Part shown: positions 1-8,183 of the stretch, piece after piece | How the letters are laid out: each line of letters begins with the position of its first letter | Position numbering within the stretch: the first letter of the stretch is position 1 | Sequence record: NC_047838.1 | Length of the DNA: 64,000 bases | Reading direction: 5' to 3' (one strand) | Notes under the pieces: model-generated | Databases searched by the model: none | Seen by the model: only the letters and a program-made list of their open reading frames with translations | What the model was told of the DNA's origin: nothing | Translations under genes and position numbers: made by a program

Positions 1-2
1 TT

Positions 3-152
3 GTTTGCTACACTCAATTTTGGGACGAGTTAGTGTATGTTCACAGCAGGAGATTTGCTAATGCTTCAAACCTTGAAGAGATGGAAATCTATGTAAGAAA
101 GTTTGATGATGACACCTACAAATCACAAGAGCACAGATATAGAGATCCGTGA
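3..152 (+). CDS. Partial hypothetical protein (5' end outside window)
   Basis: Frame 3 is open from the window start to TGA 150-152 (VCYTQFWDELVY...RYRDP), overlapping the next GTG start (GTGA). Confidence 0.45.
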   Translation, partial: VCYTQFWDELVYVHSRRFANASNLEEMEIYVRKFDDDTYKSQEHRYRDP

Positions 153-358
153 ATAAGTTATGGAAAGTATGGAAGTATGCAATCGGAAGTTTCAGCGATG
201 ACAAGACAGAACCTTACGATAATTATGTTGCTGGCATACGCACCATTATATTTGTTAGTTACATGGTCACTAACGCTTTTATTGTATCTGGAGTATTGAG
301 ACACTGGCATGATGTACCAAGTCAATTACATGAAACCAAAGAAGAAAGGTTATGCTAA
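149..358 (+). CDS. Small hypothetical membrane protein
   Basis: 69 aa, WKYAIGSFSDDKT N-terminus plus a hydrophobic segment; resembles small cyanophage ORFs as I recall them. Confidence 0.65.
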   Translation: MNKLWKVWKYAIGSFSDDKTEPYDNYVAGIRTIIFVSYMVTNAFIVSGVLRHWHDVPSQLHETKEERLC

Positions 359-458
359 ACAAACAGCAACCTTTCTTAAAATTGAAGATGCTGTATTCTG
401 GGAAGAGCATGTTAAACAGAACCTAAATGCTACTGACATAAAAATCGTGGTCAAGTGA
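309..458 (+). CDS. Small hypothetical protein (49 aa, not in ORF track)
   Basis: Own translation MMYQVNYMKPKKKGYAKQTATFLKIEDAVFWEEHVKQNLNATDIKIVVK; its stop overlaps the next GTG start (GTGA). Confidence 0.6.
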   Translation: MMYQVNYMKPKKKGYAKQTATFLKIEDAVFWEEHVKQNLNATDIKIVVK

Positions 459-991
459 ATAAAACCTTTTGCAGAGAAAATCTAGAAATAGAAATTCATC
501 ATCACCCACATTTTCATAATCTTAACGAGAAGTTGATAGATGATCTTTCTAAACTTAGTTTTTATTCATATGATGATAATCAAAACTTTACGAATATCAA
601 AGGTAGTCAATTTAATTTTGTTAGAAATAAACTCTCTTTGAAACCTAGAGGAGTAACTTTAGTTGAAAACTGGGCAAAACAAATTATTCAAAATAAATTG
701 ATGTTTCCAGTAGAATTTAGATTTGACACCTGGGCGGCAAGATTAGATAGAGATCAGGAAACATTAGAGCATGATCATCTGTATTATGCTACATTTTCTT
801 TTGTTTATTTTGTTAATACTCCAGAGGGAGCATCACCTTTAGTTTTTTCTACAAGTGGTAGGAAAGTTAAAGCACAACCTGGTAAACTTGTATTGTTTCC
901 TGCTCCATTAAGACATAAAGTTCCAGTCAACAAATGTGATAATAGGGTCACGATTGCATCGAATATCACCATCATAGAGAAAACTATGTGA
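455..991 (+). CDS. Putative 2OG-Fe(II) oxygenase (TIGR02466-like)
   Basis: HDH ... SFVYFV ... GKLVLFPAPLRHKVP ... RVTIASN pattern of the double-stranded beta-helix oxygenases common in cyanophages. Confidence 0.75.
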   Translation: MNKTFCRENLEIEIHHHPHFHNLNEKLIDDLSKLSFYSYDDNQNFTNIKGSQFNFVRNKLSLKPRGVTLVENWAKQIIQNKLMFPVEFRFDTWAARLDRDQETLEHDHLYYATFSFVYFVNTPEGASPLVFSTSGRKVKAQPGKLVLFPAPLRHKVPVNKCDNRVTIASNITIIEKTM

Positions 992-1044
992 CACTCAGAT
1001 AACTGTCCACTAATTTGACACAGACCATCAATCCCGTGTATATT
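988..1044 (+). promoter_or_regulatory. Early-type cassette 1: palindrome + TTGACA + -10
   Basis: GTGACACTC-AGAT-AACTGTCCA (988-1009), TTGACA 1015-1020, TATATT 1039-1044. Confidence 0.7.
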
Positions 1045-1059
1045 AACAGAGTCAAACAA

Positions 1060-1197
1060 ATGCAACACATGGACGATCTTTGGAGTGAGATTCAAGACAT
1101 GCCCGGTGAGATCTTTGATCTTACTGAACTTGAAGAAAATGACACAGAGATGAACATCAAATGTGATGAGTTCAACCAGTCCGATTACACCGTCTGA
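1060..1197 (+). CDS. Small acidic hypothetical protein
   Basis: ATG 1060 lies just after the promoter (track start 1015 lies inside the promoter); MQHMDDLWSEIQDMPGEIFD. Confidence 0.6.
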   Translation: MQHMDDLWSEIQDMPGEIFDLTELEENDTEMNIKCDEFNQSDYTV

Positions 1198-1198
1198 T

Positions 1199-1414
1199 AT
1201 GAAACCTGCTGAAATCATGTACGAAATGCGCGAGATCCAAGATACTTGGAGACAGCAAAATTTCTTCCTATCTGATGCACAGAAGCAGCGATATGCTGAT
1301 CTTTTGAAGATGCGTCGGGATCGTGTTCAGTTCTTCTATGATAACGATATGGTTCAAAAAGGACCGAAAGTTGTCAAAAAACCTGAACCACCACAAGAGG
1401 ACCAAGACAGTTAA
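1199..1414 (+). CDS. Hypothetical protein
   Basis: In-frame ATG at 1199 right after the upstream stop; MKPAEIMYEMREIQDTWRQQNF. Confidence 0.65.
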   Translation: MKPAEIMYEMREIQDTWRQQNFFLSDAQKQRYADLLKMRRDRVQFFYDNDMVQKGPKVVKKPEPPQEDQDS

Positions 1415-1461
1415 ACAAGTGGCACAGAGCGTCTCCTAGGGGTCTCTCTGTGCTTTATACT
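1404..1461 (+). promoter_or_regulatory. Early-type cassette 2: palindrome + hairpin + -10
   Basis: AAGACAGTT-AAAC-AAGTGGCAC (1404-1425), stem GCACAGAG/CTCTGTGC (1422-1453), TATACT 1456-1461. Confidence 0.7.
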
Positions 1462-1482
1462 ATTGACATCAACAGAACACAC

Positions 1483-2673
1483 ATGCTTACCCTTCGTCCA
1501 CATCAAGAACGCATCAACGATCGTATGCTTGCATATAACAAGGGTCAGATCATCGTGCCTACTGGTGGTGGCAAAACTTTGACCATGATTGTTGATACTC
1601 AGCGTCGTCACGATGCTATCAACAACGGCACCACCACAGTTGTTGTTGCTCCGCGTATTCTTTTGGCAGAGCAACTGTGCTCTGAGTTTCTGGAGATTAT
1701 TGATACTTCCCACACGCATGTGATGCACGTTCATAGTGGTGAAACTCATCACTACAGCAACACAAAACCCGTGAACATTCATGTCTTCGCTAATACTGCG
1801 CGGAACATGGGTGAGAACTGCATCATCTTTACTTCTTATCATTCCCTGCATCGTGTGATGGAGGCAGATATTGAGGTGAATACTATTTACTTTGACGAGG
1901 CACATAACAGCGTTCAGCGTAACTTTTTCCCTGCGACTGAGTTCTTCGCTAATGATGCAGATCGTTGCTATTTCTATACTGCAACGCCTAAGCATAGTCT
2001 GACTATTTCTAAACCAGGCATGAATGATGCTGCTGTTTATGGTCAGGTTCTTATCAACGTTCCTGCTCCTGAACTTGTCGAGCAGGGTTACATTCTTCCC
2101 CCCAAAGTTGTAGTGAAGCAACTGCCTTTGATTAAAGGTCGCAAGGTGATGTATGCTGATGATTGTGACAATCTGATTGAGACTATCGATGACAACAACA
2201 TCGACAAGACTTTGATCTGTGCTCGCACCACAAAGCAGATTATCAACCTTTTGACTTACTCTGACTTCTGTGCTGAACTTGCTCGGCGTGGATATTCTTG
2301 GATGACGATTACATCTAAGACAGGTGCAATTATCGACGGCAAGAAAGTTGACCGCGAGAAGTTCTTCGACACGTTGAACGCTTGGGGCAAAGATTCTGAG
2401 AAAAAGTTTGTTGTTATCCACCACAGTATTCTGTCTGAAGGTATCAACGTCAGCGGACTCGAAGCAGTCATCTTTATGCGTAACATGGACTACATCGGCA
2501 TCAGTCAATCTATTGGTCGTGTGATTCGTTTGGGTGGAGATTCTAAGACCTTTGGTCTAGTTTGCATCCCAACTTATGACTCTGTGGGTATTGGCACCGC
2601 TCGTAAAGTTCAGGCAGTTGTTGATGTTGTCTTCAACAAAGGTGAACCCGCTATTAGTGAGATTCGTCGATGA
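1483..2673 (+). CDS. SF2 DExH helicase/ATPase, ResIII/Type ISP-like (paralogue A)
   Basis: LRPHQ, PTGGGKT (Walker A), FTSYHS, YFDEAH, YTATP, ILSEGINV, QSIGRVIR. Start placed at ATG 1483, downstream of the -10 and aligning with paralogue B. Confidence 0.9.
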   Translation: MLTLRPHQERINDRMLAYNKGQIIVPTGGGKTLTMIVDTQRRHDAINNGTTTVVVAPRILLAEQLCSEFLEIIDTSHTHVMHVHSGETHHYSNTKPVNIHVFANTARNMGENCIIFTSYHSLHRVMEADIEVNTIYFDEAHNSVQRNFFPATEFFANDADRCYFYTATPKHSLTISKPGMNDAAVYGQVLINVPAPELVEQGYILPPKVVVKQLPLIKGRKVMYADDCDNLIETIDDNNIDKTLICARTTKQIINLLTYSDFCAELARRGYSWMTITSKTGAIIDGKKVDREKFFDTLNAWGKDSEKKFVVIHHSILSEGINVSGLEAVIFMRNMDYIGISQSIGRVIRLGGDSKTFGLVCIPTYDSVGIGTARKVQAVVDVVFNKGEPAISEIRR

Positions 2674-2909
2674 ACAATTCTATGAACTTTCAATCTGTCC
2701 ACTCAAAACCATTTGAAGAGGCAAGAGAAAGATACAGAAAAGCACAAGCATTGATGCAAGTAAAGCAGAGAATGATTGCTGATTTACCACCACCAGGCAG
2801 TGCAATGTATAGGTACTTTCTTGATCCAAAAGACAATCCCAAACCATACTCTGAACAAGTAAAACACATTGAAAGTTTGACATACGAAGATATATTTGGA
2901 AATGAATGA
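2670..2909 (+). CDS. Hypothetical protein
   Basis: 79 aa, ATGA overlap with the helicase stop. Confidence 0.6.
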   Translation: MNNSMNFQSVHSKPFEEARERYRKAQALMQVKQRMIADLPPPGSAMYRYFLDPKDNPKPYSEQVKHIESLTYEDIFGNE

Positions 2910-2911
2910 GT

Positions 2912-2969
2912 GTGCCAGTAAATAAGTGTCACACACCTTCACCCGCTGCTCTAGCGGGTGAATTATACT
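2912..2969 (+). promoter_or_regulatory. Early-type cassette 3: palindrome + hairpin + -10
   Basis: GTGCCAGTA-AAT-AAGTGTCAC (2912-2932), 10-bp stem TTCACCCGCT/AGCGGGTGAA (2938-2962), TATACT 2964-2969, RBS AAGGAG before ATG 2995. Confidence 0.75.
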
Positions 2970-2994
2970 ATCTGTATATTAAAGGAGTTCAACC

Positions 2995-4392
2995 ATGCAA
3001 CTGCGACCCCATCAACAGGTCATGCTTGACGCGATGGAGAGCAATCGCAAAGGTTATCTGACTTGCGGCACTGGTGGCGGCAAGACACTCACCTTCATCA
3101 CTGATTCTCGTCGATTCTTGACACCAGGCAACGTAATTGTTGTTGTTGCTCCTCAACTTCTGTTGTCTGAGCAACTTTTCAGTGAGTTTGATTTTCATCT
3201 CTCTGATATTGATTTTGTCTATCGTCAGGTATCTTCCGAATCTAAAACTTGGCAGCGTGATCGTGCCAACCTCAAGTTTCGTATGAAAGTGCAACCTGAC
3301 TCGCCAAATACAGGGATTGATGAGATTAAGCGCACATACGAAGTAGCACAAAAAGCAAATCTACCGCTGATTTTATTCACTACCTATCAGAGTCTTGAGC
3401 GTGTAAATGGTGCTAACCTGCCTATCACTGCTGTTTATTTTGATGAGGCACACAATGCCTGCTCTGTTGATTCTTTTAATGCTGTAGAGTCTATCAGCGC
3501 CACCGCAAAACATGCGTATTTCTTTACTGCAACCCCTCGCCGCAGTGAGTCTGAAACTGGCAAAGGTTTCGACAATACTAATGTATATGGTGAGCACATT
3601 GCTAATATCAAGTTCTCCGAACTGCTTGAATCTGGTGCGGTAGTTAAACCCTACCTTCACCTACAAACTAGTAACGCTCAGCAAAAGAATCTTGATGAGA
3701 TTTCTCTTGACGTTGATACTCTTATGGAGACTGTCAACTATTATGAGAACACACACTTTACGACTGGAGCACACAAGATTTTGGTTGCATGTCGCGGCAC
3801 CACTAACATTCAAGGTATGCGCCTTGCTATGCTCAAGTGGGCAAATGACAAGGGTTACGATCTTCTCTCTGTTGATAGTGTCAATGGTGGTTACATGAAC
3901 GGGACACAGATCTGTGCTCCTAATGCTAAAGGTAAGTTCCTTGATAAACTTGATGAACTTGGTAAGGATTTGACCCGCAAGATGATTGTGCTTCACTACG
4001 ATATGCTTGGTGAGGGTATTGATGTCAAAGCATTTACAGGTACAGTTTTCCTGCGTAATATCTGCTCTAACATCAAAGCAGTGCAGGCAATGGGTCGTGT
4101 GATTCGCTCATCCCCCGGCAAGAAATATGGCATCGTGACTATCATTCAGCACGATGACGATACTGATGATGCGTGGTATGCAATCTCTTCTATTGTCAAT
4201 CAACTTATCACTCAAGGTGTGCCAGTTGAAGAGATCCTGACTGAAGTATCTGGACGCGGTAAAGAAGAAGAAACTATTGAAGATCTTCAGGAAGACATCA
4301 GAAAGCGTATTGCAGATTATGACATCAAGTGGTGGCACGATATTATGATTCAAGAACTTGTGTCTAGCGGCGATCCTCTGGACATCCTCTGA
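2995..4392 (+). CDS. SF2 DExH helicase/ATPase, Type ISP/ResIII-like (paralogue B)
   Basis: LRPHQ, GTGGGKT, FTTYQS, YFDEAH, FTATPR, MLGEGIDV, QAMGRVIR; longer acidic C-terminus than paralogue A. Confidence 0.9.
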   Translation: MQLRPHQQVMLDAMESNRKGYLTCGTGGGKTLTFITDSRRFLTPGNVIVVVAPQLLLSEQLFSEFDFHLSDIDFVYRQVSSESKTWQRDRANLKFRMKVQPDSPNTGIDEIKRTYEVAQKANLPLILFTTYQSLERVNGANLPITAVYFDEAHNACSVDSFNAVESISATAKHAYFFTATPRRSESETGKGFDNTNVYGEHIANIKFSELLESGAVVKPYLHLQTSNAQQKNLDEISLDVDTLMETVNYYENTHFTTGAHKILVACRGTTNIQGMRLAMLKWANDKGYDLLSVDSVNGGYMNGTQICAPNAKGKFLDKLDELGKDLTRKMIVLHYDMLGEGIDVKAFTGTVFLRNICSNIKAVQAMGRVIRSSPGKKYGIVTIIQHDDDTDDAWYAISSIVNQLITQGVPVEEILTEVSGRGKEEETIEDLQEDIRKRIADYDIKWWHDIMIQELVSSGDPLDIL

Positions 4393-4396
4393 CCTT

Positions 4397-4453
4397 GTGA
4401 CAGAAAATAAGTGTCACACCATCCCCCCAGAGGGGATGATTTTCCTATATTAT
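4397..4453 (+). promoter_or_regulatory. Early-type cassette 4: palindrome + hairpin + -10
   Basis: GTGACAGAA-AAT-AAGTGTCAC (4397-4417), stem CATCCCC/GGGGATG (4420-4438), TATTAT 4448-4453, GGAG RBS. Confidence 0.75.
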
Positions 4454-4474
4454 TAAATCAACTCATGGAGACAC

Positions 4475-5728
4475 ATGCCCGCAGTGATTGAAGCAACTCC
4501 CGCCGCCAAGCGTCAGGCATTGCTAACCTATTACAAAAAAGGGATCAAACCTGTTGACCCTAGGCAACCGATTGCTGAAGATCTGGCGCAGCAGATGGTT
4601 CAGGATCTAGAAAAGTGTAATGTTTCAAAGGACGCAACGATAGGTGTTTTTGATACTTTTCTGACACTGACTCTTACACTTCAAGAGCATGGATATACTA
4701 ATATCGTGTATTTTGAGAACAAGCACACAAACTTGACGCCAGATCAGGAGAAATACTATAATACTATTGAGCAAGGATGTAAAAAGATAGGCGTTACATA
4801 TTACATCCCCCCTAAAAACAACTATAGTTGGTGTAATATGAAGTTTGATGTTATTATCGGTAATCCCCCATACAACAAATCAGAAAAGGTTGGATCACAG
4901 AGAGGATCTGCCAATTCAGCATTGTGGTGGGAAATTACACAACAATCTCTCAAACTTCTTAAACCTAATGGAATCATTTCTTTTATTACACCCTCAAACA
5001 TTGTAAATGGTGCAGATAAGTTCACCTCTATTGTTTTGGGTAATGCCCGCAAATATGACCTGAGAACTGTTGATTTTGGTTGTTCCAATTTCTTCAAGGT
5101 TGGTATTCCTATCTGTCGTTGGGTTGCTGTCAACAAACTGACCACAGATAACAATGTTGTTGTCACTGATGGTCGTGTTCTTGATACAACCAACACCCTG
5201 AAGATCAATGAGGATGTCATTTATGACGAAATCCTTCATGATATGTTTAACTCAGAGTATGATAATCTGAATTTTAATATGAAACAGTGTTATCAATATC
5301 AACAGGTTGAGGGTTATCTTAAGAAGAAAAATCTTCCTATTGAATGGGCAAAAGATTTAAAAAAGACTCAAGATGATGTGTATAAGTATCCTGTAAACAT
5401 TAACGGTAAAATTAAGTTTTCCCGAGTAAAGTGGCGGATGAATGGCATACCTAGGTTGTTTATTCCTAAGATGCAAAATCCTATGACTATTGAATACTCT
5501 AGAGAATGGGAAGCAGATGGGTCTACATTTACCATGGTATTTGATACCAAAGAGGACGCACTTCTGACCAAAGGTTATCTTGACAATCCTCTTTATCGTT
5601 GGGTAATTGAACAAACCCGTGTAAGTGGCAGACTTAATGCAAACATTATTTGCAAACTTCCTAACGCTCCCATTGAAAAGATTCTGACTGCTGATCAACT
5701 CGCATACATTCAATCTCAACTTTCCTGA
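4475..5728 (+). CDS. N6-adenine DNA methyltransferase-like protein (Eco57I/gamma type) with catalytic NPPY and TRD-like C-terminus; SAM-binding motif I degenerate
   Basis: KFDVIIGNPPY (NPPY at 4862-4873), SLKLLKPNGIISFITPS; the expected motif I position reads IGVFDTFL with no glycine-rich loop. Confidence 0.8.
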   Translation: MPAVIEATPAAKRQALLTYYKKGIKPVDPRQPIAEDLAQQMVQDLEKCNVSKDATIGVFDTFLTLTLTLQEHGYTNIVYFENKHTNLTPDQEKYYNTIEQGCKKIGVTYYIPPKNNYSWCNMKFDVIIGNPPYNKSEKVGSQRGSANSALWWEITQQSLKLLKPNGIISFITPSNIVNGADKFTSIVLGNARKYDLRTVDFGCSNFFKVGIPICRWVAVNKLTTDNNVVVTDGRVLDTTNTLKINEDVIYDEILHDMFNSEYDNLNFNMKQCYQYQQVEGYLKKKNLPIEWAKDLKKTQDDVYKYPVNINGKIKFSRVKWRMNGIPRLFIPKMQNPMTIEYSREWEADGSTFTMVFDTKEDALLTKGYLDNPLYRWVIEQTRVSGRLNANIICKLPNAPIEKILTADQLAYIQSQLS

Positions 5729-5729
5729 C

Positions 5730-6293
5730 ATGAAACTTCAGCACACATTTGGACATGATTGTGAAGATCTCTCTTCATTAGTTGCAGAGAACAAACTATC
5801 AAAGTTCTTCAAGAAGTTGGTAGAGTTAGCTAAGAAACAAGATCCAGATTTTTATGATCCATTAAAGTTCATGGGAGACGGATTTGAATGGTTTGGCGAA
5901 TACTTCTTCAAATTCTTCAATGGGGATCATACCTTGACATATACAGCAAACTATGAACCAAACTTCGATTATGATCGCGGCATTGATGGTCGTGGACTCT
6001 CCACACTTGACGGACTGCCTAATGTCATTCAATTTAAGTTTAAGGCAGATCCCACTAAGTATCTGACAAACGATGATAATATCAGTAATGTTGCAGCAGA
6101 TGCAACTATGAATGAAGGTCTACAATATAATGGAAAGAATGTAATTATTGTCACCTCATGTAAGGGAGTCCATCCTAAACATGCTATGGCAAATGTGCAT
6201 TGCATCAGTTACAAAGACATGGCAAGACGTGTGGACAATAATGTAATTTTCTGGGATAATCTTAGAAGCATCGTAGAAGAGCAATATGCCTAA
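5730..6293 (+). CDS. Putative Mrr-family PD-(D/E)xK-type endonuclease
   Basis: GDGFEWFGEY (E53) ... DRGID (D82/D86) ... VIQFKFK (Q101-x-K103); starts 1 nt after the methylase stop. Confidence 0.65.
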   Translation: MKLQHTFGHDCEDLSSLVAENKLSKFFKKLVELAKKQDPDFYDPLKFMGDGFEWFGEYFFKFFNGDHTLTYTANYEPNFDYDRGIDGRGLSTLDGLPNVIQFKFKADPTKYLTNDDNISNVAADATMNEGLQYNGKNVIIVTSCKGVHPKHAMANVHCISYKDMARRVDNNVIFWDNLRSIVEEQYA

Positions 6294-6690
6294 AAAGAAC
6301 AAGCACAATGAAAACGTAGGATCTGAAGTTGTCAGGTCCGATGAACGTATTGATGCAACTGGTGAAGTATTCACACCAGTGGTGCTTTGCACTGAGATGA
6401 TATTAGAGATCCCTGAATCTATCCTAAAAAATGACAAGAGTAGATTTATGGACAACTCAGCAGGGTCAGGAAACTTCCTACTAGCATTGCAGACAGAATT
6501 ATTGAAATATCACTCTTTATCACACATCAACGATAATATGCTCTATGGAGTAGAACTTATGGAAGATAATCATGCAGAAATGTGCAATAAACTAGGTGTT
6601 TCGGTTGATCATCCACATTTTGTGTGTGCAAATGCTCTAGAATATGATTATTCTTTCGGGGAACCAGTCGGACTAGAAATGTTCATGTGA
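6286..6690 (+). CDS. Stand-alone N-terminal (SAM-binding) half of an N6-adenine methyltransferase
   Basis: GEVFTP (motif X), FMDNSAGSGNFL (motif I), LYGVEL (motif II), VCANAL (motif III); ends before any NPPY/DPPY; overlaps the nuclease stop. Confidence 0.75.
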   Translation: MPKKNKHNENVGSEVVRSDERIDATGEVFTPVVLCTEMILEIPESILKNDKSRFMDNSAGSGNFLLALQTELLKYHSLSHINDNMLYGVELMEDNHAEMCNKLGVSVDHPHFVCANALEYDYSFGEPVGLEMFM

Positions 6691-6744
6691 CAGTTGACGA
6701 ACCGGACACAATCGCTTGCAATCCGCTGATCGATGCGCTATCTT
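6687..6744 (+). promoter_or_regulatory. Early-type cassette 5
   Basis: GTGACAGTT-GACG-AACCGGACA (6687-6708), TTGCAA 6716-6721, 17 nt spacer, TATCTT 6739-6744. Confidence 0.7.
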
Positions 6745-6750
6745 AAGAAC

Positions 6751-7662
6751 ATGAAAAACACACATCTCCAACACCCCGAAGATTCTATCCTGACGGGTGA
6801 TCTTTCTGCACTCGATTGGTTGCTCTCCGATGGTGAAATTTCTGCGAAGATTGATGGCGCTCCCGCGATTGTATGGGGGACGAATCCGGCGACGGGTAAA
6901 TTCTTTGTTGGTACAAAATCGGTCTTTAATAAGAAACTTATCAAGATTAACGAAACTCATAGTGACATCGACGCTAATCATTCTGGCGATGTTGCTGATA
7001 TACTACACCATTGCCTTGATTATCTTCCTGATTTCGACGGGATTGTTCAAGGTGATTTTATTGGGTTTGGTGGTGATGATACTTACTGCCCCAATACGAT
7101 TACTTATGTCTTTGATGAAATAATTGAGAAAGATATTATCATCGCACCTCATACTTTGTATGCAACTGATGGTGAGATGAAAGATGCCTATGTTATCAAC
7201 GACATGGTAGATATGGAGATCTTCGATGATAATGATTATGTAAAGTTCGTGCAACCAAAATGTTGGCAAGTTGATGAAGATTTCGATGAGATTGTTGCAT
7301 TTGCCAAGCAAATGTCGTGTATGTGTGAGTTTCTGAGCCCCAAGCAATCGCAACAGGTTCAGCAACAACTTAACAGCATTATTCGTGCTGGTCTGGATAT
7401 TGATGACCTGACCATGGATGCGCTGGCATTTGCAAACAAAATCGACGTGAATGTTTTGCGTTTGTGGTCACTCGTTAAGTCAATCAAGGATGATATGTTG
7501 TTCCTGATGCGGAATAATGGTCCTAAAGCATACATCGGTCGCCAAAGGTGTGGTGGCGAAGGTTATGTCAAGATCAATCAATTTGGTATGTTCAAGTATG
7601 TCAACCGAGAGCAATTTTCTCATGCTAACTTCAATAATGGTAGGTTTGCTTGTGCCGGTTGA
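6751..7662 (+). CDS. Conserved phage protein with ATP-dependent ligase/nucleotidyltransferase-like motifs (DUF6267-like)
   Basis: KNTHLQHPED, SAKIDGAPAIVWG (KxDG), VQGDF, GGEGYV, FKYV; ATG 6751 lies just after the -10. Confidence 0.6.
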   Translation: MKNTHLQHPEDSILTGDLSALDWLLSDGEISAKIDGAPAIVWGTNPATGKFFVGTKSVFNKKLIKINETHSDIDANHSGDVADILHHCLDYLPDFDGIVQGDFIGFGGDDTYCPNTITYVFDEIIEKDIIIAPHTLYATDGEMKDAYVINDMVDMEIFDDNDYVKFVQPKCWQVDEDFDEIVAFAKQMSCMCEFLSPKQSQQVQQQLNSIIRAGLDIDDLTMDALAFANKIDVNVLRLWSLVKSIKDDMLFLMRNNGPKAYIGRQRCGGEGYVKINQFGMFKYVNREQFSHANFNNGRFACAG

Positions 7663-7709
7663 TGTAGTGGCACACACCTGCTTGTAAGGTCTCCGTTTTC
7701 ATGTATTAT
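7652..7709 (+). promoter_or_regulatory. Early-type cassette 6
   Basis: GTGCCGGTT-GATG-TAGTGGCAC (7652-7673), TTGTAA 7682-7687, TATTAT 7704-7709. Confidence 0.7.
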
Positions 7710-7731
7710 TAAAGAGTCAAAGGAACAGCAC

Positions 7732-8103
7732 ATGACCGCTTCAACTTTCTCCGACTTTGTTGCCACTCAAGATGCACGGAATGACATTCAACTCAACATC
7801 CGCAAATATACTTTGATGTTGTGTGATTGTCTGACTGATGATTTCACTCGCAGTCATCCTAACTCTGATCCCTACAAGTTCTACATCGAAAGTGGTAGAA
7901 AGTATCACAAGATTGTGATGGAAACTAACGGTCAATCCCGTAGTGTTCATGCCTTTGTTGATAAGAAGACCGGTGAAGTTTACAAACCAGCATCATTCAA
8001 AGCACCTGCAAAGATTGTGCGCTACAATCTTCTTATGATTGAGTCTCGCGAAGAATGTTTTGCCCGTGCAGATTGGGCAGGAGGTTATCTCTATGTTCGA
8101 TGA
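7732..8103 (+). CDS. Conserved hypothetical early phage protein
   Basis: GRKYHKI...SVHAFVDKKTGEVYKPASFKAPAK motif that I recognise from phage early regions; AAGGA RBS. Confidence 0.75.
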   Translation: MTASTFSDFVATQDARNDIQLNIRKYTLMLCDCLTDDFTRSHPNSDPYKFYIESGRKYHKIVMETNGQSRSVHAFVDKKTGEVYKPASFKAPAKIVRYNLLMIESREECFARADWAGGYLYVR

Positions 8104-8183
8104 ACTTTTTCCTGGAACTATTGACCAACTGAACAAACTTACCGTCATTCGTTATGACCGCTTCGTTCCCTATTCTCAGCAAG

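Noticed and set aside
1450-1482. Track start 1450 for helicase A (also 1015, 6733, 10042, 13758, 48664 for other ORFs)
   Set aside because: These upstream starts lie inside promoter elements or upstream genes; downstream ATGs fit promoter position, coupling or paralogue alignment better.
4475-6690. One methylase broken by a frameshift or sequencing error (pseudogene)
   Set aside because: The SAM-binding half lies downstream of the NPPY gene with an intact nuclease-like ORF between them; all three have coupled starts and stops.
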